A stretch of DNA of 64,000 nt, from positions 64,001 through 128,000 of the forward strand of contig JAZAMN010000059.1 of the NCBI GenBank assembly GCA_036229005.1, read 5' to 3'. Positions 1 through 10,316 of this stretch are shown in pieces (the stretch's first letter is position 1; each line of letters begins with the position of its first letter). A model generated the notes under the pieces. It was not told the origin of the DNA and did no database searches. It was given only the letters and a program-made list of their open reading frames with translations. The DNA comes from Myxococcota bacterium. Lineage in GTDB: Bacteria > Myxococcota_A > UBA796 > CAJQPC01. Both the position numbers and the translations under genes were made by a program.

Positions 1-1200
1 GGCGATGGCCTGCTCGCTGGCCTCCAGGCCCAGCTCGGCGCGGGTGAGGCTGGCCTGCTTGGCGTCCAGATCGGCCTTCGCGGAGCGGTTGCCCACCGGC
101 GCGGAGAAGTTGCCGCCAACGTAGACGGTGGGGAAGTCGAGGGTGGATAGCGCCTCCACCGCCTTGCCATACCCATCCTGCGGGTCGAAGCCCGACAACC
201 CCGCGCGGGCCGTGACCGACAGCGAGGGCAACAGCGCGTGCTTGGCGGTCGCCACGTCGGCCTCGGCGTTGGCCACCGCGACCCGCTGGGCCTGCAGGCC
301 GGGGTTGCCCTCAAGGGCCTCCTGCACGGCGTCCTGGGTGTTGAGCTCCACGCCCGCGGGGACCGCGCCGGGCATGTCCTGGGGCTCGATGAGCTGGCCC
401 ACCGGCAGCCCCAGGAGCACGGCCAGGGCGTCCGAGGCGGCCTGGTGGGTGGCCTCGGCCTGGATGGCGTTCAGGCGGGCCTGGGCCAGGGCGGCCTGCA
501 CGCGGGTCAGGTCCACGGGGGCGATGGTGCCGGCCTCGAGCTGGGCGGCGACGATGCGCTCCTCCTCCATCGCGACCACCACGGCCTTGTCGGCGGTCAG
601 GCGCGCCTGGCTGGCGTAGACCAGCTCCCAATAGGCCAGCGCCACGGCCTTGAGGGTCTCCTGGCGCTGCTGCTGGAGCTGGGCGGCGGCCTGGTCCCGG
701 GAGGCCTGCGCGGAGCGGGTGGCCTGCAGGTTGTAGGCCATGCTGTGCCCCTCCAGGAGCTGCTGGGTGAGGCTGGCCGTCAGGCGGGTGGAGCCGGTGA
801 GCGTCTGCAGCTCCACGGGGTCCATGTCCTCGACCGTGTAGGAGGTCAGCGTGGTGTTCGAGTAGTTGCTCCAGTCCAGGCCCCAACTGGTGCCCGTGGC
901 CAGGGTCTGGCTCACCCCGGCGCTCCAGGTCCAGCTCGTGTCCGAGGTGTCGTAAGGCACCAGGAAGACCTCGTTCCCCACCGGCAGGCTGGTGAAGCCC
1001 TGAGAGAGCTCCCAGTTCCGCCCCGCGGACATGGTGAGCTGCGGATCGTAGACCCCCCGGGTCCCCAGGACCGCCGCCTCCGCAGCCTCCAGATCGGCCA
1101 GCGACTGCCCCAGCGTGGGGTTGTTCTCCAGGGCCGTGGTCAGCGCCTCTTCGTAGCCCAGAGGACCGGCGGCGGAGAGGGAGACGAGCAGCAAGAGCAT
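1..1200 (-). CDS. TolC-family outer membrane efflux protein (3' end runs off window)
   Basis: Translated by hand from ATG 1200: MLLLVSLSAAGPLGYEEALTTALENNP...LTQQLLEG...AYWELVYA...AQLEAGT...AKHALLPSLS, typical OEP pattern; last gene of the RND operon; not in the ORF track because it is open at the edge. Confidence 0.85.
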   Translation of the reverse strand, partial: MLLLLVSLSAAGPLGYEEALTTALENNPTLGQSLADLEAAEAAVLGTRGVYDPQLTMSAGRNWELSQGFTSLPVGNEVFLVPYDTSDTSWTWSAGVSQTLATGTSWGLDWSNYSNTTLTSYTVEDMDPVELQTLTGSTRLTASLTQQLLEGHSMAYNLQATRSAQASRDQAAAQLQQQRQETLKAVALAYWELVYASQARLTADKAVVVAMEEERIVAAQLEAGTIAPVDLTRVQAALAQARLNAIQAEATHQAASDALAVLLGLPVGQLIEPQDMPGAVPAGVELNTQDAVQEALEGNPGLQAQRVAVANAEADVATAKHALLPSLSVTARAGLSGFDPQDGYGKAVEALSTLDFPTVYVGGNFSAPVGNRSAKADLDAKQASLTRAELGLEASEQAIA

Positions 1201-1205
1201 GGTGT

Positions 1206-4200
1206 TCAGCTCCGGGGGGAGGCGTAGGCCAGCACGCGGGACGCCAGGGCGCGGGCGTCGTCGAGGGCCACGTAGAGGGTGGGAACGAAGAAGAGGGTGA
1301 GCACTGTAGCCGCCGCCATGCCGCCCGCAACCACCCGGGCCAGCGGCGCGTAGGGGATGCCGACGAAGCTCTCGGTGCCCAGAGCCATCGGCAGCAGGCC
1401 GAAGATGGTGGTCAGGGCGGTCATCAGGATGGGCCGCATGCGGCGGCGGCCGGCCTCCACCAGGGCCTCCAGGCGGTCCAGCCCCTGCTCGCGGAGCTGG
1501 GTGATGAGGTCCACGAGCACGATGCCGTTGTTGACCACCACGCCGATCAACACGACCAGCCCGACGCCGCCCATCACGTCCAGAGGGGTGCTGGTCAGGT
1601 AGAGCGTCCAGTAGACGCCGATCAGCGCCATCGGGATGGTGGTCACGATGGACAGCGGCAGGATGAAGCTCTCGAAGAGCACGCCCATGAGCAGGAAGAC
1701 GAAGGTCACCGAGAGCAGCAGCGCCAGGTTGCGGGCCTGGTCGTTCTCCATCTGGTCCTGGAAGCGCCGCCCCTGGCTCCAGCCGTAGCCCCGCGGGAAC
1801 TCCATGCTGGCCAGCGCCGCGTCGATCTCGGCGTAGGCCTCCATCACCTCGACCCCGTCGGCCAGCTCCAGGTCCACCGGCAGCGAGGTCACCCGGTCCT
1901 GCCGGTTGATGCTGCCAAAGCCCTTCTCCACGCTGGCATCCGTCAGGGCGCGCAGGGGGATGGGTTGGCCGGTGTTCCCGTAGATCGGGAAGTCCAGCAG
2001 CGTGTCCAGGTCGCGGCGGTCGTCCGCCTCGAAGCGCGTGAGCACGGTGACCTGCCGATCGCCGTCGTGGTAGTCGGGGAGCTGGTTCGCGCCCATGGCG
2101 AAGCTCAGCGTGCGCCCGATGCTGGTCGCCGAGATGCCGTTGCGGGCGGCCGCCGCCCGGTCCACCTGGAGCTGGATCTCATCGCTGCCCCGCTCCTCCA
2201 GGCCCGACTCCGCGGACAGGGTGATGTCCAGCGGCCGCAGGCGACGGATGATCTCGTCGCTGAGCTGGGAGAGCAGCACCGGGTCCTCGCCCTCCACGTA
2301 CAGGGTCAGGCGCTTGCTCTCGTTGCTGGCCCCCACCGAAGACGATCCAGACCACATGCGCACTCCGGGCATCTCGGGCATGGCGGCCAGGGCCTCGGCG
2401 CGGATCTCGGCTCGGCGCTCTTCGTCCAGGTCCTCGTCCAGGTAGATGCGGATCTCGCCCCAGCTCCCCGAGCTGTTCAGGCGAGAGCGGTAGACCCGGA
2501 CGCCCCAGTCCTCCCGGTGGGCCTCGACCACCTGCTCCATGTCCTCCAGGGCGTCCAGGCGCTCGTAGTAGGTGAAGGAGCCGGGCAGCTCGAAGCCGAT
2601 CTCGAAGTCCCCCAGGTTGCCGTTGGCCTGGTCGCTGCAGCCCACCGCCTTGAAGGGCACGGCCACCGTCAGCGCGAGCACAGCCAGCACCCCCAGCGCG
2701 GTGTCGAAGCGGTGCGTGAGCAGGGCCCGCAGCGCCCGCGTGTAGCGCGCGGCCAGCCACTGGATCCACGCGGGGTCCTCCTTGACCTGGGCCCCCTGCA
2801 GGAACACCGTGGACAGGGGCGTGAACACCAGCGCGACCAGCAGGCTGGCGGCCAACGCGAACACGACCGGGAAGCCCAGCGCCCCCATGAAGAAGGAGAA
2901 CATGGCGTCCTCGCTCATCAGGATCAGGGGCAGGAACACGACCATGGTGGTGGCCGTGCTCAGGGTGATGGCCAGGTTGACCTCGCTTGTGCCGTCGATC
3001 GCAGCGGTGTCCGGGTCCTGACCGGCCTGGCGGTGTCGGTAGATGGTCTCGACCACCACGATCGCGTTGTCGACCACCATCCCCACGGCGATCATCAGGC
3101 CCATCAGCGAGAGCAGGTTGAGGCTGCCGCCGGTGAAGTAGAGCACCGTGACCGTGATGAGCAGCGACAGGGGGATGCTCGCGGCGATCAGCAGGGTCAT
3201 GCGGATCTCGCGCAGGAACACGAACAGGATGACCACCGCGAAGAGCCCGCCCTGGAGCGCGGTGGTGAGCAGGTTGTCGATCGAGTCCTCGATCAGCTCG
3301 CCCTGGGAGAAGAACACGAAGGGCTCCAGGCCCTCGATCTCCGCGCCCTCCAGGGTCTGGACGATGGCCTGAGCGGTGGCGACGGTGTTGGCGGAGCTCT
3401 CCTTGGTGATCGCCAGCGCCGCGGCCTCCTGCCCGTCGATGTGCCAGATGCTGGCCGAGGGCTCCACGCGGTAGTGGACCTGGGCGACGTCCTCCAGGAC
3501 CACGCCGTCCGCGACGGGGGTCTGCCGCAGGGTGTCCAGGTCCTCGTAGCGGGCCAGGGAGCGCAGGTACTGGACCTGACCGCGGTCCTCGATGCGGCCG
3601 CTGGCCATCTGGAAGTTGTCCTGCCCCAGGGTGCTCATGACCTGGGTGAGGTTGACCCCGTGCGCGAACAGCGCCTCGCGGTCGAAGTCGACGTAGACCT
3701 CCTTCTCGTCGATGCCGTAGACGTCCACCTTGGCGACGCCCGGCAGCCGCTCGATGCGGGGGACCAGGTCCTCGAGCACGGCGGGCGCGGGGTCCTCCAG
3801 GGCGGGGTCCAGGGCCAGACCCGCCCACACCACCGGCTCGTCGCTGGGGTCGAAGCGCCAGATGAAGAACTGGTCCACCCCGTCCGGCATCTCCACCATC
3901 GCCCGCTCCATGCGGTCCGCGATGGTGTTGTAGGCCTCGTCAGAGTCCGCCGAGGTGTAGAGCTCCACGGAGAAGCTGGCCGACCCCGAGCGCGCGTTGG
4001 AGCCCAGCCGCTTGATGCCCGGCACCGTGGCGAGCTGCTCGGTCACCGGCGTGACCACCTTCTGGTCGGTCTCCAGCGGCGTGCTGCCCGGGTAGGGCAC
4101 CTGCACCCACATGTAGGGGACCTCGAAGCCGGACGGCATCATCTGCACCGGGATGTCCAGCCAGGCCAGCGCCCCCATGACCAGGAGAGCGAGCAGCGCC

Positions 4201-4280
4201 ATGAGGATGGTCACAGGTCGGCGCACCGCCAGGGCTGGCAGGGCCCTCCTCAGCCCCCCAGTCGGCTCCTGGGTGCTCAC
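1206..4280 (-). CDS. RND efflux permease (AcrB/MdtC-like)
   Basis: 1024 aa; GMVVDNAIVVVE, GVVVNNGIVLVD, RMRPILMTALTT motifs. Confidence 0.93.
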   Translation of the reverse strand: MSTQEPTGGLRRALPALAVRRPVTILMALLALLVMGALAWLDIPVQMMPSGFEVPYMWVQVPYPGSTPLETDQKVVTPVTEQLATVPGIKRLGSNARSGSASFSVELYTSADSDEAYNTIADRMERAMVEMPDGVDQFFIWRFDPSDEPVVWAGLALDPALEDPAPAVLEDLVPRIERLPGVAKVDVYGIDEKEVYVDFDREALFAHGVNLTQVMSTLGQDNFQMASGRIEDRGQVQYLRSLARYEDLDTLRQTPVADGVVLEDVAQVHYRVEPSASIWHIDGQEAAALAITKESSANTVATAQAIVQTLEGAEIEGLEPFVFFSQGELIEDSIDNLLTTALQGGLFAVVILFVFLREIRMTLLIAASIPLSLLITVTVLYFTGGSLNLLSLMGLMIAVGMVVDNAIVVVETIYRHRQAGQDPDTAAIDGTSEVNLAITLSTATTMVVFLPLILMSEDAMFSFFMGALGFPVVFALAASLLVALVFTPLSTVFLQGAQVKEDPAWIQWLAARYTRALRALLTHRFDTALGVLAVLALTVAVPFKAVGCSDQANGNLGDFEIGFELPGSFTYYERLDALEDMEQVVEAHREDWGVRVYRSRLNSSGSWGEIRIYLDEDLDEERRAEIRAEALAAMPEMPGVRMWSGSSSVGASNESKRLTLYVEGEDPVLLSQLSDEIIRRLRPLDITLSAESGLEERGSDEIQLQVDRAAAARNGISATSIGRTLSFAMGANQLPDYHDGDRQVTVLTRFEADDRRDLDTLLDFPIYGNTGQPIPLRALTDASVEKGFGSINRQDRVTSLPVDLELADGVEVMEAYAEIDAALASMEFPRGYGWSQGRRFQDQMENDQARNLALLLSVTFVFLLMGVLFESFILPLSIVTTIPMALIGVYWTLYLTSTPLDVMGGVGLVVLIGVVVNNGIVLVDLITQLREQGLDRLEALVEAGRRRMRPILMTALTTIFGLLPMALGTESFVGIPYAPLARVVAGGMAAATVLTLFFVPTLYVALDDARALASRVLAYASPRS

Positions 4281-7200
4281 GAGGTGCGTCCGAGGCGGCC
4301 GATCACCCCCCGGTAGACCACCGGGATGACCACGAGCGTCAGCAGGGTGGACGCGCTCAGGCCGGCGATGACCGTGATGGCCAGCGGCTGCTGGATCTCC
4401 GAGCCCGCGCCCAGGCCCAGCGACAGGGGCAGCAGGCCCAGCGCGGTGGTGAGCGTGGTGATGAGGATCGGCCTCAAACGTGCCTTCCCGGCCTCCTGGA
4501 TCGCGGCGTCCAGGTCCATCCCCTGCTCCCGGTTGAAGCCGATGCGGTCCACCAGCACGATGGCGTTGTTCACCACCATACCGGCCAGGACGATGAGCCC
4601 GATGAAGGCCACGACCGACAGCGAGGACCCCGTCAGCAGCAGCACGGGCATCACGCCCACGGCCGCCAGGGGCACCGAGAAGAGGATGACCAGGGGCTGC
4701 ACCAGGGACTCGAAGGTGCTGGCCATGATCACGTAGACCAGGAACACCGCCAGCAGCAGCGCCATCGCCAGCGAGCGCAGGCTGCGCTGCATCTCCACGC
4801 TCTGGCCGGCCAGCTCGAAGCTGTAGCCGGGGGGCCGCGGGATGCGGACCAGCACCTGGGACACGGCGTCCGCGGTGGTGGCCAGGTCCAGGCCCTCCAG
4901 GTTGGCGGACACCACGGCCCCGCGCCGCTGGTCGATGCGGCGGATCTCGCTGGGGCCCTCGGCCTGCTCGATGCTGGCCACCGCCGCCAGGGGGATGGGC
5001 GGGTCCAGGGCCGGGTTGATGTTGATGCGCTCCAGATCCCGCAGGGTGCTGCGGTCCCGCTCGGCGAGCTGCACCACCAGATCCACGCGCCGCTCGCCCC
5101 GGGCCAGGCGGCTGGCCTCGGCGCCCTGGACCTTGTCCCGCAGCGAGCGCGCCACGCCGCTGGTGGTCAGCCCAAAGCGCTCGAGCTGCGCGCGGTCATA
5201 GCGCACCCGCAGCTCCGGGAAGCCGGGGACCAGGCTGGACTGCACGTCGCGCACGCCGGGGAGCTGGGCCAGCTCGGCCTCGACCTGGGCGGAGAGGGAC
5301 TGGAGCACCTGGAGGTCCTGCCCGGAGACCACGACCTCCAGGGGGGTGTCGACGCTCACCAGGGAGCTGGCCTCGAACTGCACCTGCAGGGGCTGGAGCG
5401 CGCCGAGCTCTGCTCGCAGGTCCTCGATCAATGCAGCCTGGCGTCCGGCCAGATCGCCCCCGGGGGTGAGCTCGACCAGGATCCGGGCGCTGTGCTCCCC
5501 CTCATCCGCGCCCGCGTCCGCGCGCCCCTCGGAGCCGATGGCGGAGTAGACCCGCGCGACCTCGGGGTGCTCGGCGATGATCTCCTCGGCGTGGGAGACC
5601 ACGGCCACGGTGCGGTCCAGGGGGGTGCCCACAGGCATGGCGACCGCGGCGGTGAAGCGCCCCTGGTGGACCTCGGGGATCAGCTCCGCGCCGGGTCGGA
5701 GGGCCAGGGCGGCGATCAGCGCGACGGCTGCGCCCCCCAACACCAGACCGGGTCTCTGCAGGGCACCACTGAGCAGCGGTGGGTAGCGCGAGGCCAGGCG
5801 GTCATAGGCCCCCCCGAACACCTCGGCGGCGCGGAGCAGGCCCCGCTGCACGGGCGGGAGCAGCTTGCCGCCCACCCAGCCCATCGCGCGCCAGGACAGC
5901 GCCCAGGCGCCCACGAAGAGCAGGCCCAAGAGGTTCCAGCTCAGGTGCAGGACCAGGCGGGTGAGCTGGTAGGGCAGCAGCAGCCAGCGGGCCTTGCGGG
6001 CGCGGTTTTCGGCCAGGGCCTCGCGCCACTCGGGCAGCGCGCTCCAGCGGCCCTCGGGGGTGAGCGCGGCCAGGGAGCCCGGGGAGGCCTCCAGCTCCAG
6101 GCGCCGGGCGGCCAGCATGGGCACCAGCACCAGCGCCACCGCCAGCGAGGCCAGCAGGGAGAAGACCACCGCCAGGGCCAGGTCGCCGAAGATCTGCCCG
6201 GCGACGCCGTCGACGAACACGATGGGCAGGAACACGGCCACGGTGGTCAGGGTGCTCGCGGTCACGGCCGCGGAGACCTCGCGGGTGCCAATGACCGCTG
6301 CGTCGCGACGGGACCTGCCGGCGTCGAGGTGCACCTGGATGGACTCAAGCACCACGACCGCGTTGTCCACGAGCATGCCGATGCCCAGGGCCAAGCCGCC
6401 AAGAGACATCAGGTTCAAGCTGACATCTCCCAGATACAGAGCCGCGAAGGTCGCGATGACCGAGACCGGGATGGCGGTCCCGATGATGGCCGTGGCGCGG
6501 AAGCTGCGCAGGAACATGAACAGGATGCCCACCGCCAGCAGGCCACCGATCACGGCGGTCCCGCGCAGGTTGGCGATGGCGTCCTCGATGAAGCGCGCCT
6601 GGTCGTCCAACACCGCGACCGACACGCCCTCGGGCAGCTCGGAGACCAGGCCCGGGGGGCCCATCATGGCGGCCATCTCGGGGGGCATCTCGGCGCGCGC
6701 GGCCTCGGTCTGCTCGTCCCCCAGGCGCTGCTTGACGGCCTGGGCCACGGACACGATGTTGGCGTCGGCCTCCTTGAAGATCTCCAGCTCCACGGCCTCG
6801 GCGCCGTCCAGGTGCGAGACGACCTTGCGCTCCTTGAAGGCCTCCTGCACGACAGCGACCTCGGACACGGGGATGCCGGTGCCGTCGGCGCGGATCACCT
6901 CCAGGTCCTCCACCTCCTGCACCGTGGAGAGCTGGTTGAGGGTGCGGATCAGGAACTCGGTGTCGCCCTCGCGGATTGACCCGCCGGCGATGTTCACGTT
7001 CTCGGACAGCAGGGTGCTCTGCACCTGCTCCAAGGTCACGCTGCGGGCCTGCATCCAGTCCTCGCGCACCTGCACCAGCACCTGGCGCTCCAGTCCACCC
7101 CGCACCCGCACGGCGGCGACCCCGTCGATGGCCTCCAGCTCGCGCTTGACCTCCTCTTCGGCCAGCTCGCGCAGGGCCAGCAGGGCGGCCTCTTCCTTTC

Positions 7201-7675
7201 CGGGCTCGGCCTGGGCGCTCATGGCGATGCGCAGGATGGGGTCCAGCGAGGGGTCGTAGTGCAGGATTAGCGGCCGGTCGGGGCCGTCCCCCAGCCAGGT
7301 GGTCTGCAGGCGCTCGCGCACCCCCTGGGAGGCCGCCGACATGTCGGTGCCCCAGGCAAAGGTCAGCACCACGTCCGAGAGCTCCGCCCGCGAGCGCGAC
7401 TCGATGCCCACCAGCCCGTCGGTGGTGGACAGGGACTCTTCAATGGGGCGGGAGACCTGGGACTCGACCTCCTCGGGCGCGGCGCCGCTGTACTCGGTGC
7501 GCACGGTCAGCGAGGGGTAGCTCAGGTCCGGCATCAGCGTGAGCGGGAGCTGCGCGTAGCTGACGTAGCCGAACACCGCGGCCGCCAGGAACACCATCAG
7601 CACGGCCACCGGCCGGTCCACGATCGCGCCGAACACGCCCCCCAGCTCGGGGCGCTCCGCGGGCTCAGCCGCCAC
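4277..7675 (-). CDS. RND efflux permease (AcrB/MdtB-like)
   Basis: 1132 aa; GMLVDNAVVVLE, RLRPILITTLTT; 4-nt overlap with the next RND gene. Confidence 0.93.
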   Translation of the reverse strand: MAAEPAERPELGGVFGAIVDRPVAVLMVFLAAAVFGYVSYAQLPLTLMPDLSYPSLTVRTEYSGAAPEEVESQVSRPIEESLSTTDGLVGIESRSRAELSDVVLTFAWGTDMSAASQGVRERLQTTWLGDGPDRPLILHYDPSLDPILRIAMSAQAEPGKEEAALLALRELAEEEVKRELEAIDGVAAVRVRGGLERQVLVQVREDWMQARSVTLEQVQSTLLSENVNIAGGSIREGDTEFLIRTLNQLSTVQEVEDLEVIRADGTGIPVSEVAVVQEAFKERKVVSHLDGAEAVELEIFKEADANIVSVAQAVKQRLGDEQTEAARAEMPPEMAAMMGPPGLVSELPEGVSVAVLDDQARFIEDAIANLRGTAVIGGLLAVGILFMFLRSFRATAIIGTAIPVSVIATFAALYLGDVSLNLMSLGGLALGIGMLVDNAVVVLESIQVHLDAGRSRRDAAVIGTREVSAAVTASTLTTVAVFLPIVFVDGVAGQIFGDLALAVVFSLLASLAVALVLVPMLAARRLELEASPGSLAALTPEGRWSALPEWREALAENRARKARWLLLPYQLTRLVLHLSWNLLGLLFVGAWALSWRAMGWVGGKLLPPVQRGLLRAAEVFGGAYDRLASRYPPLLSGALQRPGLVLGGAAVALIAALALRPGAELIPEVHQGRFTAAVAMPVGTPLDRTVAVVSHAEEIIAEHPEVARVYSAIGSEGRADAGADEGEHSARILVELTPGGDLAGRQAALIEDLRAELGALQPLQVQFEASSLVSVDTPLEVVVSGQDLQVLQSLSAQVEAELAQLPGVRDVQSSLVPGFPELRVRYDRAQLERFGLTTSGVARSLRDKVQGAEASRLARGERRVDLVVQLAERDRSTLRDLERININPALDPPIPLAAVASIEQAEGPSEIRRIDQRRGAVVSANLEGLDLATTADAVSQVLVRIPRPPGYSFELAGQSVEMQRSLRSLAMALLLAVFLVYVIMASTFESLVQPLVILFSVPLAAVGVMPVLLLTGSSLSVVAFIGLIVLAGMVVNNAIVLVDRIGFNREQGMDLDAAIQEAGKARLRPILITTLTTALGLLPLSLGLGAGSEIQQPLAITVIAGLSASTLLTLVVIPVVYRGVIGRLGRTS

Positions 7676-7711
7676 CGGGGTGGGGGGCTCTGGGGGCTGC
7701 GTCGAGATGGC

Positions 7712-8974
7712 TCAGCCCTCCGTCTCGGCGTCGGCCTCGGCGGCCTCTTGCTCGGCCCCCTCCTGGGGCTCGTCTTCCTCGGGCTCGTCCTCGGGGATCT
7801 CCAGCTTGGGATCCTCGGGCAGGCGCACGCGGGTCTCATCGCGCATGCCGGACTGGCCGACCACGACGACCTGATCCCCGACCGCCAGACCGGAGATCAC
7901 CTCGACGGTGTCCTCGCCTTCGAAGCCGAGCTCCAACGCGACCTTGCGCGCCACGCGGCAGGGGCCTGGGATCTCGATCTCGGGCGCTCCCGGATCCTCT
8001 TCCACCTCCTCCCCCTTTCGGCCCCAGCCCTTCTCTGCACCCTCGTCCGCCGGCGAGGTCTCCTCGTCCTGCTCCGCCTCCACGCAGAAATCGGGCTCGG
8101 TGCTGACCCTGAAGGCCAGGGGGTCCCCCTCCTCGTAGAACACCGCGCGGCGAGGCAGGACCAGCACGTCGTCATGGCGGTCCACCTGCAGGCTGACGCT
8201 GACGAACTGGCCGGGGCGCAGCACGCCGTCCGGGTCGTCCAGGGCCACGGTCACGCGCACGGTGCCGGAGCTGGCGTCCACGGTGGGGGAGATGCGCTCG
8301 ACGTGGCCGGGCACCTGCTGGGCGTCGTCGTAGAGCCCGACCAGGGTGGCCTTCTGCCCCACGGCCAGCTTGGACAGATCCCGCTCCGGCAGCTTGATCA
8401 CCACGCGCAGGCGGGTCAGGTCCACGACCTGGAAGGCCCGGGTGCCGCCGGCGACCTCTCCGTACTGGAGCTCGCGCACCGCGACCGTGCCGTCGATGGG
8501 GCTGACGATGCGGGTGTGGCCCTGGGTGCCCTGGGCCTCCTTGAGGGCGGTGGCGGCGCTCTTCTCGGCGTAGACGGCCTCCTGGAGCTCGCGCTCGGAG
8601 ACGGCCCCCTTCTCGTGGAGGGCGCGGGCGCGCTCGAGCTCCGCCTGGGCGCGGGCCAGCTCGGCCTCGGCGCGGGCCAGACCGGCGTCCAGGCTGGCGT
8701 TGTCGATGATCGCCAGGACCTGGCCCTTGCGGACACGATCCCCCTCCTCCGCCTTGATCGCGACGACGCTGCCGGTGGCCTCCGGGACGAGATCGGCCTG
8801 GGCCTCGGACTCGACCACGCCGTTGGAGATCAGCACCTGCGAGACCGAGCCGGTCTCCAGCGTCTCCACGCTCACCAGGGTGCGTGGATCGGTGACCGGC
8901 GGGCGGCCCCCTTCCTTTCCGGGCCCGCCTTGGGGGCCCCCAGAGCAGGCCAGCAACAGCATCAACAGCGACAT
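7712..8974 (-). CDS. RND periplasmic adaptor (membrane fusion lipoprotein)
   Basis: MSLLMLLLAC lipobox; EEGDRVRKGQVLA, IVSPIDG, LRPGQF motifs; acidic insertion and tail. Confidence 0.9.
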   Translation of the reverse strand: MSLLMLLLACSGGPQGGPGKEGGRPPVTDPRTLVSVETLETGSVSQVLISNGVVESEAQADLVPEATGSVVAIKAEEGDRVRKGQVLAIIDNASLDAGLARAEAELARAQAELERARALHEKGAVSERELQEAVYAEKSAATALKEAQGTQGHTRIVSPIDGTVAVRELQYGEVAGGTRAFQVVDLTRLRVVIKLPERDLSKLAVGQKATLVGLYDDAQQVPGHVERISPTVDASSGTVRVTVALDDPDGVLRPGQFVSVSLQVDRHDDVLVLPRRAVFYEEGDPLAFRVSTEPDFCVEAEQDEETSPADEGAEKGWGRKGEEVEEDPGAPEIEIPGPCRVARKVALELGFEGEDTVEVISGLAVGDQVVVVGQSGMRDETRVRLPEDPKLEIPEDEPEEDEPQEGAEQEAAEADAETEG

Positions 8975-9179
8975 CGAAGTTCCCAGGGGTGGGTGCGGGT
9001 ACGGGCTAACCCGCCCTTTGTTTCCACCGAAAGCGACCCCGGTTGCAAAAGGCTCGTCCAGGCCCGAAACGCACCGACTTTCTGGCGAACCATTAACCGG
9101 CGGCCCCCCTGTTCCGAGAAGAGGGGTGATGCTTGCTCTCCTCCGCTTCGCCCCCGCGCCCCCAGAAACGTGGTACGCA

Positions 9180-10127
9180 ATGCCTGTGGCACACCGCACC
9201 ATGCTGGCATTGATGAAGGGCGACAAAGCCGTCCATGTTGTCCCGGTCGAAGACCGTCCGGTGCACATTGGACGCGCCCCCGAGAACGACCTCGCGGTGG
9301 TCGACCGCACCGTCTCGCGTCACCACGCGACGGTCTGGAACCAGGGCGGCAAGACCTACGTAAGGGACCACGGGACCACCAACGGCAGCTTCCTCAACGA
9401 GATGCGGGTGGACGGCGCCGTCGAGATCCCCGGGGGCTCTCGGGTGCGGCTGGGCCTGAACACCTGGCTGCAGCTCCAGACCGTTCCTCTGAACGAGCCC
9501 GTGCTCCACACGGACCTGTTGCTGCTGGACCTGACCGCAGGCATCCAGCACCAGCTCCTGCCCGGCGACAACCCCCTCCCCGAAGGCCCCGGCACCCTGT
9601 GCATCCGGCGGGACCGGGTGGTGCTGCTCACCCCCATCGGCGAGGAAGACCTCACCCTGGGCACGCCCTTCGAGCACGCGGGCCGCCGCTACGAGCTGGT
9701 CAAGCCCGTCCCCGAGCCCGCCCCCACCGGCGAGATGCCGGAGCTCACCAGCAACGCCTTCGCCTACAAGGTGGTCGTGCGCCTGAGCGGCCCCGCCGGC
9801 CCCGAGGCGGTGTTCACCCGGATGTCCTCCGGCGAGGTCCACCGCGTCACCGCCCCCAACCGCGTGGTGCTCATCTGCGTGCTGGCCCGCCAGCTCCGCG
9901 ACGATCTGGCCGCCGGCGTCGAGCCCGCCCGCGCCGGCTGGGCCCGCGACCACGAGATCCGCCGCGGCATCTGGGGCCGACAGGCCGAGAACCAAGACGC
10001 CAACACCTTGCACGTGGTGCTGCACCGCCTCCGTCGCGAGCTCAAGAAGGGCGGCTTCGACCCCACCTGCGTCGAGAAGGGCCGCGGCTCCACCCGACTG
10101 CTGGTGTTCGAGGTCGACACCGACTAG
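9180..10127 (+). CDS. FHA domain protein with C-terminal winged-helix-like DNA-binding domain
   Basis: IGRAPENDL..VSRHHA..DHGTTNGSFLN (FHA); C-terminal ANTLHVVLHRLRRELKK resembles the OmpR/Trans_reg_C recognition helix; start uncertain (9180 or 9201). Confidence 0.75.
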   Translation: MPVAHRTMLALMKGDKAVHVVPVEDRPVHIGRAPENDLAVVDRTVSRHHATVWNQGGKTYVRDHGTTNGSFLNEMRVDGAVEIPGGSRVRLGLNTWLQLQTVPLNEPVLHTDLLLLDLTAGIQHQLLPGDNPLPEGPGTLCIRRDRVVLLTPIGEEDLTLGTPFEHAGRRYELVKPVPEPAPTGEMPELTSNAFAYKVVVRLSGPAGPEAVFTRMSSGEVHRVTAPNRVVLICVLARQLRDDLAAGVEPARAGWARDHEIRRGIWGRQAENQDANTLHVVLHRLRRELKKGGFDPTCVEKGRGSTRLLVFEVDTD

Positions 10128-10159
10128 CGCGGACCTAGGGCGCTCGAAGTATCGCGATT

Positions 10160-10305
10160 GGGTATCGGGTATCGGGTATCGGGTATCAGTCCGCCGGCCG
10201 GGGCGGGTTCGCTACCACCAGCGTCCCACTGGACGCCTGCACCCAGCGTCTATCCCCTGATACCTGACTCCTGATACCTGATACCGGCGCCTGATACCTG
10301 ATACC
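10160..10305. repeat. Inverted heptamer tandem arrays: GGGTATC x4 and CCTGATA-type x6
   Basis: GGGTATC at 10160,10167,10174,10181; CCTGATA at 10256,10270,10277,10290,10297 plus variant CCTGACT at 10263; lies between convergent genes. Confidence 0.85.
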
Positions 10306-10316
10306 CGCCCCAGGCC

